64,000 nucleotides of DNA, taken from assembly GCA_045863235.1 (NCBI GenBank), contig BTUM01000001.1, positions 288,001 through 352,000 on the forward strand, given 5' to 3'. Numbering within the stretch: the stretch's first letter is position 1; the number at the start of each line of letters is the position of its first letter. The translations under genes and the position numbers were made by a program. Of this stretch, positions 35,197-44,375 are shown one piece after another. The notes below the pieces were generated by a model that ran no database searches, was not told where the DNA came from, and worked only from the letters and a program-made list of their open reading frames with translations. Source of the stretch: Candidatus Xenobia bacterium (lineage in GTDB: Bacteria > Vulcanimicrobiota > Xenobia > Xenobiales > QWHO01).

Positions 35197-35448
35197 GGCC
35201 ATGCTGGAATTTTCTCCAAGATGGCTCCCTGACGCGGGCTCGGTGCCTCGTGAGCTCGGGCCGTGGAGAAGCAGCGGGAGGGCTTTGGGTGCAGGTCGAA
35301 AATAGCTTGGACAGAAAACGTTCAGAGCTTTTTCCTGGCCAGTTGGTAGACCAATAAAATGATGTTGCAGCGCCAAGATCGGGCCGCGAAAGGCCCGGAG
35401 GACTAGATTCGCGGTCTGCTCCAAAGGCTCCTGACCCTTCGGGAGCTC

Positions 35449-37536
35449 TTGGCTGGCCTGCCACGCATCCCGTGGCTCCGCCGCGCATTTCACTGTTTCT
35501 GGATCTTTGCCGGGCTGCTCTTGATCCTGTCAGTCGAGTTCTGGTCCGCTCCGCCCCCCCTGAAAGTGGGCCAGGTCAGCCCCCGAGATGTCATCGCCCC
35601 CCGCACCGTCGAGGTGGAGAACGAGCGCGCCACGCAATCAGCTCGCCAGGAAGCGGCAGAGAGAGTCGAGCCGCAATACGCTTACGACCCCATGCCCGAG
35701 AAAGTATCCGAGCGCAAGGTCGAGGACACCTTTGCAGCCCTCAAGAGGATGGCCGCAGCCTACCAGAATCTCCCGACCGAGGAGTCCGAGCCTGAGATCG
35801 AGCGGCTCAAGAAAGACATCCCTTATCTACCCAAAAACAGTACCCTGACGGTGCTCCTTATCTCGAGCCCCGAGACTCTCCAACAACTCGAGACCACCAC
35901 CCGCCAGTTGCTCTGGAAAGTCCAGCACAATGGGGTGCGCGAGGACCGACTGGCGCAGGCTCGCCAGACCATCGCCTCGGACGCCGAGAAGATGCCGCAG
36001 TTGGGCCCCGAGCAGGTCGTGGCCGTCACTGAGATCGCCAACGGCTGCCTGCTCTTCAACATGAGCCTGGACATGGAGGCCACCATACGCGAGCAGCAGG
36101 CGGCCATGAACCGGGTCGAGCCGGTCCGCAAGATCATCCAAAAGGGCTACAAGATCGTCGGCAAGGGCGAGATGGTCGCGCCCGAGCACCTGCGCGAGAT
36201 GCAAGAACTGGGCCTGCACTCGTCCTGGAACGTGGCCCGTTTCGGCGGCTACGCTCTTCTGGTCATCAGCATGATGACCCTGGTGGCCCTCTATCTGCGC
36301 CGGCAACAAAAGGCCATCTACGAGTCCGACCGAATGCTGGCTCTGACCGGGTTCCTGGTGATCGCGGTGGCCGCCACTACCCGCTCGCTGACCGGCCTCT
36401 CCCCCTACCTGGCACCGGTTGTGACCGCTTCCATCCTGCTGGTCCTGCTGGTAGAAGCCCGCCTGGCCCTGATGGTCACCGTCTTCCTCTCAGCCCTGAT
36501 CGGAGTCGAGACCGAGAACCTGGCCGCGGCCATTGTCAGCCTTCTGACCGGTGTCTCAGGTCTGCTGGCGGTCTCGCGAGCCCAGCAACGAGCCAGCCTC
36601 ATCACAGCCTCGCTGGTCGTCGTCTTCACCAATGCCCTGGGGGCGCTCACCTTCAGCCTGATCGCTTCCGATGACCTCAATACAACCTTGAACGCGCTGG
36701 CCTTCGCGAGTTTGAACGGGCTGACGTCCACCCTGGTCGCAGTAGGCGCCCTGCCCTTGCTGGAGAACCTGTTCGGAATCACCACCAACTTCCGCCTGCT
36801 GGAGATCTCCAACCCCAGCGAGCCACTGCTGCAAAAGCTCCTCAAGGAGGCCCCGGGGACCTACCAGCACTCCATCATGGTGGCCAATCTGGCCGAGTCG
36901 GCTGCTCAGGCGGTCGGGGCCGACGCCCTGCTCTGCAAAGTGGGGGCCTACTACCACGACATCGGAAAAATCAAGCGTCCGCGCTTCTTCGTTGAGAATC
37001 AGACCGGGCAAGACAATCCCCATGATCGGCTCAACCCCAACCTGTCCACACTGATCATCATCTCCCATGTCAAGGATGGCCTGGAGCTCGCCCGTCAGTA
37101 CAAGCTTCCCGACGTCATTCAACGCTTCATCGCCGAGCATCACGGGACCAGCCTGGTATCCTACTTCTACCATCAGGCCATCAGCCGGGCCACCGAGCCG
37201 GTCTTCGAGGAAGACTTCCGCTACCATGGCCCCAAGCCGACCCTGCGCGAAACCGGCATCGTGATGCTCTGCGACGGGATCGAGGCGGCCGCCCGCACCC
37301 TGCCATCGCCCACCCCGGAGGCTATCACCGAGCTGGTCCACAAGATGACCCGCCAGTGTCTCGAGGACGGGCAGCTCGACGAGTGCGACCTCTCGTTCAA
37401 GGACATCACCGCCATCCGCGAGTCGCTGATCCGCTCTCTCAAGGGCATCTATCACACCCGGATCGAGTATCCCGAGCCCAGCTCGCTGGCTTCACCCCGC
37501 CGACAGAACGTTACCAGCCTGCGCAAGAAGGCGTGA
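35449..37536 (+). CDS. 7TM-HD phosphohydrolase (PgpH-like cyclic-di-AMP phosphodiesterase)
   Basis: Extracellular domain, 7 TMs, EAPGTYQHS, YYHDIGK and EHHGT motifs; upstream of ybeY-dgkA. Start may be ATT at 35407. Confidence 0.9.
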   Translation: MAGLPRIPWLRRAFHCFWIFAGLLLILSVEFWSAPPPLKVGQVSPRDVIAPRTVEVENERATQSARQEAAERVEPQYAYDPMPEKVSERKVEDTFAALKRMAAAYQNLPTEESEPEIERLKKDIPYLPKNSTLTVLLISSPETLQQLETTTRQLLWKVQHNGVREDRLAQARQTIASDAEKMPQLGPEQVVAVTEIANGCLLFNMSLDMEATIREQQAAMNRVEPVRKIIQKGYKIVGKGEMVAPEHLREMQELGLHSSWNVARFGGYALLVISMMTLVALYLRRQQKAIYESDRMLALTGFLVIAVAATTRSLTGLSPYLAPVVTASILLVLLVEARLALMVTVFLSALIGVETENLAAAIVSLLTGVSGLLAVSRAQQRASLITASLVVVFTNALGALTFSLIASDDLNTTLNALAFASLNGLTSTLVAVGALPLLENLFGITTNFRLLEISNPSEPLLQKLLKEAPGTYQHSIMVANLAESAAQAVGADALLCKVGAYYHDIGKIKRPRFFVENQTGQDNPHDRLNPNLSTLIIISHVKDGLELARQYKLPDVIQRFIAEHHGTSLVSYFYHQAISRATEPVFEEDFRYHGPKPTLRETGIVMLCDGIEAAARTLPSPTPEAITELVHKMTRQCLEDGQLDECDLSFKDITAIRESLIRSLKGIYHTRIEYPEPSSLASPRRQNVTSLRKKA

Positions 37537-37537
37537 G

Positions 37538-37993
37538 ATGGCTACGCTGCAGGTTTGGGTCAACCAGCTCAGGGTCCCTCGCAACGATCGATTTCCCGTC
37601 GCGTTTTTGCGCATGATAGCCCGCTATGCGGCTGAGGAGGGCGGCTGTCCCGGACCGGCTGAGATCAGCCTGACGCTGACCGACGATCCCTCCATCCACC
37701 AGCTCAACCGCGACTACCGCGGCAAGGACGCCCCCACCGACGTCCTGGCCTTCGCCCAGGAGAGCTCGCCCGGCCCCACCCGGGTCCTGGGAGACGTCAT
37801 CGTCTCGTTGGAAACCGCCCGGCGTCAGGCCGCCCACCAGGGTTGCACCCTGCGCCGAGAGGTAGCCTGGCTGATCTGCCACGGCGTCCTGCACCTGCTT
37901 GGCTATGACCACCGCGACGATACCGAGCTTGCCGCTATGCGCAAGCGCGAGCGAGCGGTACTCGAGCGTCTTGCTCTGGGTCCGCTTCCGTGA
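37538..37993 (+). CDS. ybeY: rRNA maturation endoribonuclease YbeY
   Basis: LNRDYRGKDAPTDVLAF and HGVLHLLGYDH motifs. Confidence 0.96.
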   Translation: MATLQVWVNQLRVPRNDRFPVAFLRMIARYAAEEGGCPGPAEISLTLTDDPSIHQLNRDYRGKDAPTDVLAFAQESSPGPTRVLGDVIVSLETARRQAAHQGCTLRREVAWLICHGVLHLLGYDHRDDTELAAMRKRERAVLERLALGPLP

Positions 37994-38790
37994 GCGAAAC
38001 AAGCGAGCCGGTCGAAGCAGACGTCCCTCTGCCGCGCCGCCAGGTCTTTCTGCCCCCCCCGGTGGGACAGCGCAAGAACCCCTCCCTGATGAGCAGCCTC
38101 GACCACGCCGCCGAAGGTCTGGTCTACGCCGTGCGTCGCGAGCGCAACCTCAAGATCCACTTTGTGATGGCCGTGGCCGCGCTGTTGCTCTGCCTCGGGC
38201 TGGACCTGAACGCCCTGCAACTTCTCTGTGTTGCTTTTGCCATCGTCCTGGTCATCATCACCGAGCTTATCAACACCGCCATCGAGACCATGATCAACTT
38301 GATGACCACGGCCCACCACCCCCTCGCCAAAGTTGCCAAGGATGTCAGTGCGGGGGCGGTCCTGGTCGCCTCGATCAACGCCCTGGTGGTGGCCTACCTG
38401 ATCATGCTGCCCCCGCTCATGCAAATGTTCAACCGCTCCGAGAGCATCATTTTGCGAGTGCAAAAGCACCCGGCCCACGCGGTAGCCCTGGCCATCGCCC
38501 TGATCCTGGTGGCTGTGCTGGTCGGCAAAGCCGTCGGCCACCGCGGGACCTTCACCAAGGGCGGTCTGGTCAGCGGTCACGCGGCCCTGGCCTTCGGGTC
38601 GGCCACCGCCATCGTGCTGATCACTCGCCAACCCCTGGTGGCCGGGCTGGCCTTGCTCATGTCGGCCCTGGTGGCCCACAGCCGGGTGGAGGCAGGCATC
38701 CACCAGTGGCGGGAAGTGGCTCTGGGAGCTTTGTGTGGCACCACCCTCAGCTTGATCGTCTTCTACCTCTTCCAGGTCATCGGCTATTGA
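37990..38790 (+). CDS. dgkA: Diacylglycerol/undecaprenol kinase fused to a PAP2-like domain
   Basis: ERNLKIH, ELINTAIE and AKVAKDVSAGAV; C-terminal SGHAA and SRVEAGIH (PAP2). Confidence 0.9.
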   Translation: MSETSEPVEADVPLPRRQVFLPPPVGQRKNPSLMSSLDHAAEGLVYAVRRERNLKIHFVMAVAALLLCLGLDLNALQLLCVAFAIVLVIITELINTAIETMINLMTTAHHPLAKVAKDVSAGAVLVASINALVVAYLIMLPPLMQMFNRSESIILRVQKHPAHAVALAIALILVAVLVGKAVGHRGTFTKGGLVSGHAALAFGSATAIVLITRQPLVAGLALLMSALVAHSRVEAGIHQWREVALGALCGTTLSLIVFYLFQVIGY

Positions 38791-38815
38791 CACCCTGTTA
38801 ACATCCTGATAACAT
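38787..38815 (+). promoter_or_regulatory. Sigma70-type promoter
   Basis: TTGACA-17 bp-TAACAT overlapping the dgkA stop codon. Confidence 0.65.
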
Positions 38816-38864
38816 AACTCACCCGGGCCCAAGGTTCCGGGCGGGGTCATCCTCCGAAACCGAG

Positions 38865-39893
38865 GTGACCCGAATGCAGCAGCCCCCGGATCGACTCCAC
38901 TACCCCACCGTAACCCAGCTTTCGCAGAGCGTTCCTCAACAGCTCTCGCACTGCATGACCCAGCTCCCCCTCTGGGAAAGGCGACTGCTCTGGCACCGTT
39001 TCATTCTTCTGGTCCTGGGCCTCGTCACCGTGATCGCCTTCAACCTTTCCTTCGCCTGGGGCTTTCCTGCCCTCTTGCTCTTGTCGCTCCACGCCCTGAG
39101 TGGATCGGCCTGCAGCCAGCCGCTTGCCCAGTGGCAGCGTTGCCAACAGACCTTAGAGCGGTTGGGAAGCCTGGCGGAGGCCCTGCAGAGGCTTGGCCTG
39201 AGCGTGGTTGACGTGGTAGCAAACTGCGTGCCGCTCAAGCGAGAGGAGACCCTGCTCTGGCGCAAAGAAGACGGCTCTGAGGTGGAGAAACTGTATCAGG
39301 TCCGCTGGGTCAGCATCAGCTCCCCCGGCCTGAAGGTTCGTTTGCTCGATACCTTGCACGAGCTCGAGCGCTCCGGCGCCTGCCCCGAGTACGGTGCCGG
39401 CTCCTCTTGCGACACGACTCCCAGCTCATCGGTCGAGCTCGAGCTAACCCGAACCGAGCACCGCAGCCTTGAGCGCCTCCGCCACCGCATTTACTCCCAT
39501 CAGGCCGGCCGCCGGCCCAAGGTCCACTCGGCTCTTGGAAGCCTGAAAATCGTGTGGGGCTGGGACCAGGAGGCCAACCCTGGCCTGCTCCTGGAGGCTC
39601 TGGCATGGTTCAGCCTCTGGTCACGCACCCTGGACCGACCGGTGGATGCTCCCTGCCCAGGCTGCGACACCGAGCTCGTCGGTGGTGGTTGCCAGAACTG
39701 CGGGGGCGCCTGGGTAGGCCCGGGAACCCGACTGGAGCCCTGCCGCCGGGGGCGCCACCCTGCCGGAGCCAGGCTCTGCCCCTGCTGCGACCGGCTGATG
39801 GAGGTCGAGCAGGGCGTGGACACTTGCCCTCACTGCCTGGGCTTCTGGGTTTCCAGGAACTTTTCAGGCTTACCCAGTATCCTGACGGCATGA
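38865..39893 (+). CDS. Hypothetical membrane protein with C-terminal zinc ribbons
   Basis: Two TM segments; CPGC...CQNCGGAW and CPCC...CPHCLGFW repeats. Confidence 0.55.
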   Translation: MTRMQQPPDRLHYPTVTQLSQSVPQQLSHCMTQLPLWERRLLWHRFILLVLGLVTVIAFNLSFAWGFPALLLLSLHALSGSACSQPLAQWQRCQQTLERLGSLAEALQRLGLSVVDVVANCVPLKREETLLWRKEDGSEVEKLYQVRWVSISSPGLKVRLLDTLHELERSGACPEYGAGSSCDTTPSSSVELELTRTEHRSLERLRHRIYSHQAGRRPKVHSALGSLKIVWGWDQEANPGLLLEALAWFSLWSRTLDRPVDAPCPGCDTELVGGGCQNCGGAWVGPGTRLEPCRRGRHPAGARLCPCCDRLMEVEQGVDTCPHCLGFWVSRNFSGLPSILTA

Positions 39894-42025
39894 ACGTCCA
39901 GGTCACCGCCTTGCAGCCTACCGCCACCCGCCCCATCCGGGAGGGCTGGGAAGTCAAGGGCCAGCATTACGGCTCAACCGCCGAGCTGGTGGACAAGGTG
40001 CAGCTCGGCGGCCCCGAGCTGGGAATCTACCGCCGCACAGAGCTGGCGCCCCCAAACCGGGTCAAAGGCGCCCTGATCGGCGCGGGTGTCGGCCTGGTGG
40101 CCAGCGCTCTGGTCGGTCTGGCCTCCAGCCCCGGCCTGCTGGTGGGCCTGCTGGCGGGCGCGGCCATGGGGGCGGCCACGGCCCGGCCCAAAGAGGTCGA
40201 GAAGGCCGTTACGGGCACCCTGCAACGTGACGGCCAGAACGTGACCTTCACCCCCAACAACGACTCCACTCGCACCCTCACCCTGCAGCCTGGCACATCG
40301 CTGCCCGGAGCCCTGCAGCCCCGAGACCCAAACGGCTTGAGCCTGGACCAGATCCGCCAGTTGCCCGAATTCGGCTGGACGGTCCCCACCCGCGACGCCC
40401 AGGTCGAGCGGCTGAAGAAGGAAGAGTTCGACATCATCGTCATTGGCGGGGGCGCCACCGGCACCGGCACCGCGATGGAGGCCGCTCGCCGCGGCCTCAA
40501 AGTGGCCATGTTGGAAGCCTGGGACTTCTCCACTGGCACCTCCAGCCGCAGTACCAAGCTGATCCACGGCGGCGTGCGCTACCTCGAGAAAGCCGTCAAA
40601 AAGCTCGACAAGGAGCAGTACGACCTGGTCCAGGAGGGCCTGCAAGAGCGTTCCAGCTTCCTGGAGATGGCTCCCCACCTCACCGACGAGCTGCGTCTGG
40701 TGACGCCCTGCTACAAGTATTATGAGGTGCCCTACTACTTCGCCGGCCTCTGGCTCTACGACCGCATCGCCGGACAGGCCGGACTGTCTGCCACCGAGGT
40801 GCTGTCCGCCAAGGAGGCAGCCAAGCAGTTCCCCATGCTCAAAACCGAGGGATTGAAGGGCGCCATTGCTTACTCCGACGGAGAATTCAACGATTCACGC
40901 ATGAACGTAGGTCTGGCCCTGACCGCTGCCGCCCACGGAGCGGCCGTGGCCAACTACACCGAGGTGGTCTCGCTGACCAAGGACGCCGGCGGCAAGGTGG
41001 TGGGCCTGGAGGCGCGCGACAAGCGCACAGGCGAGACTTTCTCTATCAAGGGAAAGTCCGTTATCAACGCCACCGGTCCCTTCATCGACAAGATCCGCCA
41101 GATGGACGACCCGCAGACGCCCGAGCTGGTCGTTCCCAGCGCCGGCACCCACATCTTCGTGCAAAACCTGAAGGTACCCGAGGGGTTGCTCATCCCCTCG
41201 GCCCCCAACGGCTCGGTGGCCTTCTTCAAGCCGTTCGAAGGGGGCACGGTGGTGGGTACCACCGAAGAGAAAACCTCCCTCACCATCGAGCCCAACACCA
41301 CCCAACAAGAAGTCGACTACCTGCGCGACCTGGCCAACAGCTACCTGGGCCCCAACCACCAGATCCAGCCCCAGGACGTGACCTCGGTCTGGACCGGCAT
41401 CCGCCCACTGGTCAAGGATCCGGCCAAGACCAACACCGCAGAGCTGTGCCGCAACCACCTGGTGGACGTCTCCAAGTCGGGGCTGGTCACCATCGGGGGC
41501 GGCAAGTGGACCAGTTTTGCCCGCATGGCCCAGGACGTGGTGGACGCAACCATCAAGAGCGCCGGCCTGCCCGACCTGCCCACCCAGCGCGAAGGGGCCC
41601 GCATCATCGGAGCCCACGGCTACTCCGAGGGGCTGGCGGCCCGTCTGGCCCAGCACTACGGACTGGACGCTGAAGTCTCCCTGCACCTGGCCAAGAATTA
41701 CGGCGACCGAGCCATTCAGGTGGCCGACCTGGGGCTCAACCAGCGGCTGCACCCGGACCATCCTTACCTGGAGGGGGAAGTTGTCCACGCGGTGCGCCAC
41801 GAGATGGCGGTCACCCCGGTGGACGTGCTGTCGCGCCGCACCCGCCTCTCCTTCCTGAATGAAGCCGCCGTGCGGACCGTGCTACCGCGGGTGGTCCAAC
41901 TGATGGCCGGCGAGGCCGGCTGGGATCAGGCCCAGGCCGCCCGAGAGCTCAAGGACTCGCAGGACTACTTCGCCCGCAACGGCATGGCCGCACTGCAGGC
42001 CCAGGCCCCTGTCAAGCAGCCTTAG
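39890..42025 (+). CDS. glpD: FAD-dependent glycerol-3-phosphate dehydrogenase with N-terminal extension
   Basis: IGGGATG, GTSSRSTKLIHGGVRYL, INATGP, GIRPL, GGKWT and RRTRL motifs. Confidence 0.93.
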   Translation: MNVQVTALQPTATRPIREGWEVKGQHYGSTAELVDKVQLGGPELGIYRRTELAPPNRVKGALIGAGVGLVASALVGLASSPGLLVGLLAGAAMGAATARPKEVEKAVTGTLQRDGQNVTFTPNNDSTRTLTLQPGTSLPGALQPRDPNGLSLDQIRQLPEFGWTVPTRDAQVERLKKEEFDIIVIGGGATGTGTAMEAARRGLKVAMLEAWDFSTGTSSRSTKLIHGGVRYLEKAVKKLDKEQYDLVQEGLQERSSFLEMAPHLTDELRLVTPCYKYYEVPYYFAGLWLYDRIAGQAGLSATEVLSAKEAAKQFPMLKTEGLKGAIAYSDGEFNDSRMNVGLALTAAAHGAAVANYTEVVSLTKDAGGKVVGLEARDKRTGETFSIKGKSVINATGPFIDKIRQMDDPQTPELVVPSAGTHIFVQNLKVPEGLLIPSAPNGSVAFFKPFEGGTVVGTTEEKTSLTIEPNTTQQEVDYLRDLANSYLGPNHQIQPQDVTSVWTGIRPLVKDPAKTNTAELCRNHLVDVSKSGLVTIGGGKWTSFARMAQDVVDATIKSAGLPDLPTQREGARIIGAHGYSEGLAARLAQHYGLDAEVSLHLAKNYGDRAIQVADLGLNQRLHPDHPYLEGEVVHAVRHEMAVTPVDVLSRRTRLSFLNEAAVRTVLPRVVQLMAGEAGWDQAQAARELKDSQDYFARNGMAALQAQAPVKQP

Positions 42026-42765
42026 GCCTTACCGGCTCGAACCCAGAGCCTCTGGATGTAGTGGTTCATCTGGATGTACCACCATTCCCAATCGTGGGCC
42101 ACGTCGTGGCCCCACAGGTCGTAATTGTGAGGGACGTCAATCTGCTCGAGCACGTCGTGGATGCGCTTGGACCAGTGCACACGCTCCCAGGGACCCTGAC
42201 CGCAGATGACATTGATGGAGCATTTCCTGAGGGCCGCACGGTGGTCGCGAGAAGCGTTGGGCAGGTAGGTGGTGGGGTTCTGCCAGTAACAGTTGTCGTC
42301 GAAGTAGTTCTCGAAGTACTGGCTCATGTCATAGATGCCGCTCATGAAGATGCCCCAGCGGAAGGCATCCGGGTGGCGAAAGAGCGTGTTGGAGGCGTGA
42401 AATGCGCCCAGGCTGGCCCCGGCGGTGGCGACAGGCAGCTGCCCCTGGCAGTCCTCGTAGATGATTCCCAGGAGCTCGCTGGCGACGTAAGCATCGTAGG
42501 CTGCCTGGCGTGCCAGGCGCTCCTTGACGCTGATCTCATAGTTGAACCAGCTCTGTCGGTTGATGGTGTCGATGCTGAAGACCTTGACGTGGCCGGCATG
42601 GATGGGGCCCCGCAGAGCATCGATCATTCCATGGCGCTCGAGCTCTTCGAAATCGGCTGAAGCGGTAGGAAAGAACAGCAGGGGCACGCCAAAGTGCCCA
42701 TAGATCGAGACAGGCATCGTCTGGCCCAGAATGCGGCTGTGGGGGAAGATTTTCTTGACACGCAT
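42022..42765 (-). CDS. Putative esterase (alpha/beta hydrolase)
   Basis: YGHFG.P, GASLGAFH and WGHDVAHDWEWW motifs. Confidence 0.85.
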   Translation of the reverse strand: MRVKKIFPHSRILGQTMPVSIYGHFGVPLLFFPTASADFEELERHGMIDALRGPIHAGHVKVFSIDTINRQSWFNYEISVKERLARQAAYDAYVASELLGIIYEDCQGQLPVATAGASLGAFHASNTLFRHPDAFRWGIFMSGIYDMSQYFENYFDDNCYWQNPTTYLPNASRDHRAALRKCSINVICGQGPWERVHWSKRIHDVLEQIDVPHNYDLWGHDVAHDWEWWYIQMNHYIQRLWVRAGKA

Positions 42766-42768
42766 GGT

Positions 42769-43851
42769 TTAGCTCCTCAAAGCGAGAGTGGTGGGAAGCG
42801 GCCGTTCCTGCCGCTCTTGCCAGCGCTTGCCGGTTGGCAGGTCGTGGTAAGCCTGGCGCAGGACGCTCAGCGCCTCGCGTTCGGCCACCGACAGGCACGG
42901 GTGCCAGAAGTTCAAGAAGAGCACAACCCGCAATCGGTCGCTGCGGTTCCAGACCTCGTGCACGAATGAGTCGTCGAAGACAAGCACCTTGCCTTCCTCC
43001 CAGGTGGTCTCCTGGCCTCCCACCCGCAGGCCGCACCCGTCCGGGATCACCATGGCCAGGTGACCCCGCAGGATGCCGTTGAGGGGGCCGACGTGTGGGG
43101 GGATGGCGCTCTGCGGATTGAGGGCCGAGAACAGGATCCACTCCCCGGTCTCGAAGCCGGGTAGCTTCTCGAGGAGAGCCGAAGTTCGCGGACATCGAGC
43201 GGCATTCTCTTCATGACGCTGTCCATACAGCCACAGCGGGTAAGTGTTCCAGCCGGCCACTGCGGTATCATACTCGGTCTGGTAGGTGCCAAAGCCTCGC
43301 CGTTCGGCCAGCAGGCCCTCGAGCTCCTCGAGGATGAGCGGATAACTGTCCTCCAGCGTGCGGGCCCACTCGAACTGCTCCTTGGGGTAGAACCGATGAG
43401 CTGGAATGCCAGGCACCAGGTAGTACGGACGCTGGTGGGGGTCGCTGGTCTCGGTCCGAGGAAGGGGGGCGGGCTCAAAGAAGACGTCCAGGCAGGCGCT
43501 GCGCAAAAACATCGATTCCAGGCAGTTGCGAGCCCGGTGGGCATGCGCTCCGTGGGCGAAGGTATGGTGGCGGTCCAGGGCCGCAATGGCGTCGGCCAGC
43601 TGGCCAGCCTGCCGGAGAGTGAGCTGGCGGGCCATCTCGCACCAGTCGCGGGCCAGCTGGTTGGGGTGATTGCGTCCCGAGCGGCCCCAGACCTGGCTCA
43701 GCCCCCAGAAGAGCAACGCGAACAGGGCGGGGTGGTAGGAGACGAGTCGGGCAGCAATTCGGCGCAGCCAGAGGGGCAGTCGAAAGGGCGAGCGCTCGAT
43801 GCCCACCGTCTCGTAGCTCGCGTGCATGAGCTCGTCAAAGGTCTTCTCCAT
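42769..43851 (-). CDS. Aspartyl/asparaginyl beta-hydroxylase-domain protein (2OG-Fe(II) oxygenase)
   Basis: RCPRT, FSALNP..IPPHVG, WEEGKVLVFDDSFVHEVWN and RVVL motifs. Confidence 0.88.
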   Translation of the reverse strand: MEKTFDELMHASYETVGIERSPFRLPLWLRRIAARLVSYHPALFALLFWGLSQVWGRSGRNHPNQLARDWCEMARQLTLRQAGQLADAIAALDRHHTFAHGAHAHRARNCLESMFLRSACLDVFFEPAPLPRTETSDPHQRPYYLVPGIPAHRFYPKEQFEWARTLEDSYPLILEELEGLLAERRGFGTYQTEYDTAVAGWNTYPLWLYGQRHEENAARCPRTSALLEKLPGFETGEWILFSALNPQSAIPPHVGPLNGILRGHLAMVIPDGCGLRVGGQETTWEEGKVLVFDDSFVHEVWNRSDRLRVVLFLNFWHPCLSVAEREALSVLRQAYHDLPTGKRWQERQERPLPTTLALRS

Positions 43852-44002
43852 GGAGCTGCAGCAATTCTTGAGGGATTGAGAGCTCCCCTTTCTGACGAGA
43901 AGCCGGGCCTCTAGAAGCCAGTCCGAGACTGGTTGTCTGTTTCCTGGTCAATTTTGGGTCAAGTGCCTCTTTGCGGAGCAAAGCTTGAATCCCCCGACCA
44001 AC

Positions 44003-44026
44003 AAAAAACCCCGCCGTTGCGGGGTT
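44003..44026 (-). terminator. Terminator of the tRNA operon
   Basis: AACCCCGC-AACG-GCGGGGTT followed by a T-tract on the minus strand. Confidence 0.8.
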
Positions 44027-44031
44027 CTCGG

Positions 44032-44108
<77 letters not shown>

Positions 44109-44145
44109 ATGGGCCATCTCGGTGTGCGAGACAGCGAGGAAAAAG

Positions 44146-44221
44146 TGGTGACCCCAGCGGGGCTCGAACCCGCGATCTTCGGCTTGAAAGGCCGACGTCC
44201 TAACCACTAGACCATGGGGCC
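44146..44221 (-). tRNA. tRNA-Glu(TTC)
   Basis: Anticodon arm TCGGC-CTTTCAA-GCCGA; GGTTCGA; CCA. Confidence 0.97.
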
Positions 44222-44257
44222 ACGACATCCGACAGGACAGAACCCTCGGAGCCAACC

Positions 44258-44333
44258 TGGTGGGCCCACCTGGGTTCGAACCAGGGACCAACCGGTTATG
44301 AGCCGGCCGCTCTCACCGCTGAGCTATGGGCCC
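44258..44333 (-). tRNA. tRNA with CAT anticodon, probably tRNA-Ile2 (lysidine)
   Basis: GGGCCCATAGCTCAG...GCCGG-CTCATAA-CCGGT...CCA. Paired first base and no triple G-C anticodon stem, so not an initiator tRNA. Confidence 0.9.
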
Positions 44334-44344
44334 AGGTTCGACCC

Positions 44345-44373
44345 ATTATAGCGATTCGAACCCGGACGGTCAA
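44345..44373 (-). promoter_or_regulatory. Sigma70 promoter of the tRNA operon
   Basis: TTGACC-17 bp-TATAAT on the minus strand. Confidence 0.85.
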
Positions 44374-44375
44374 TC

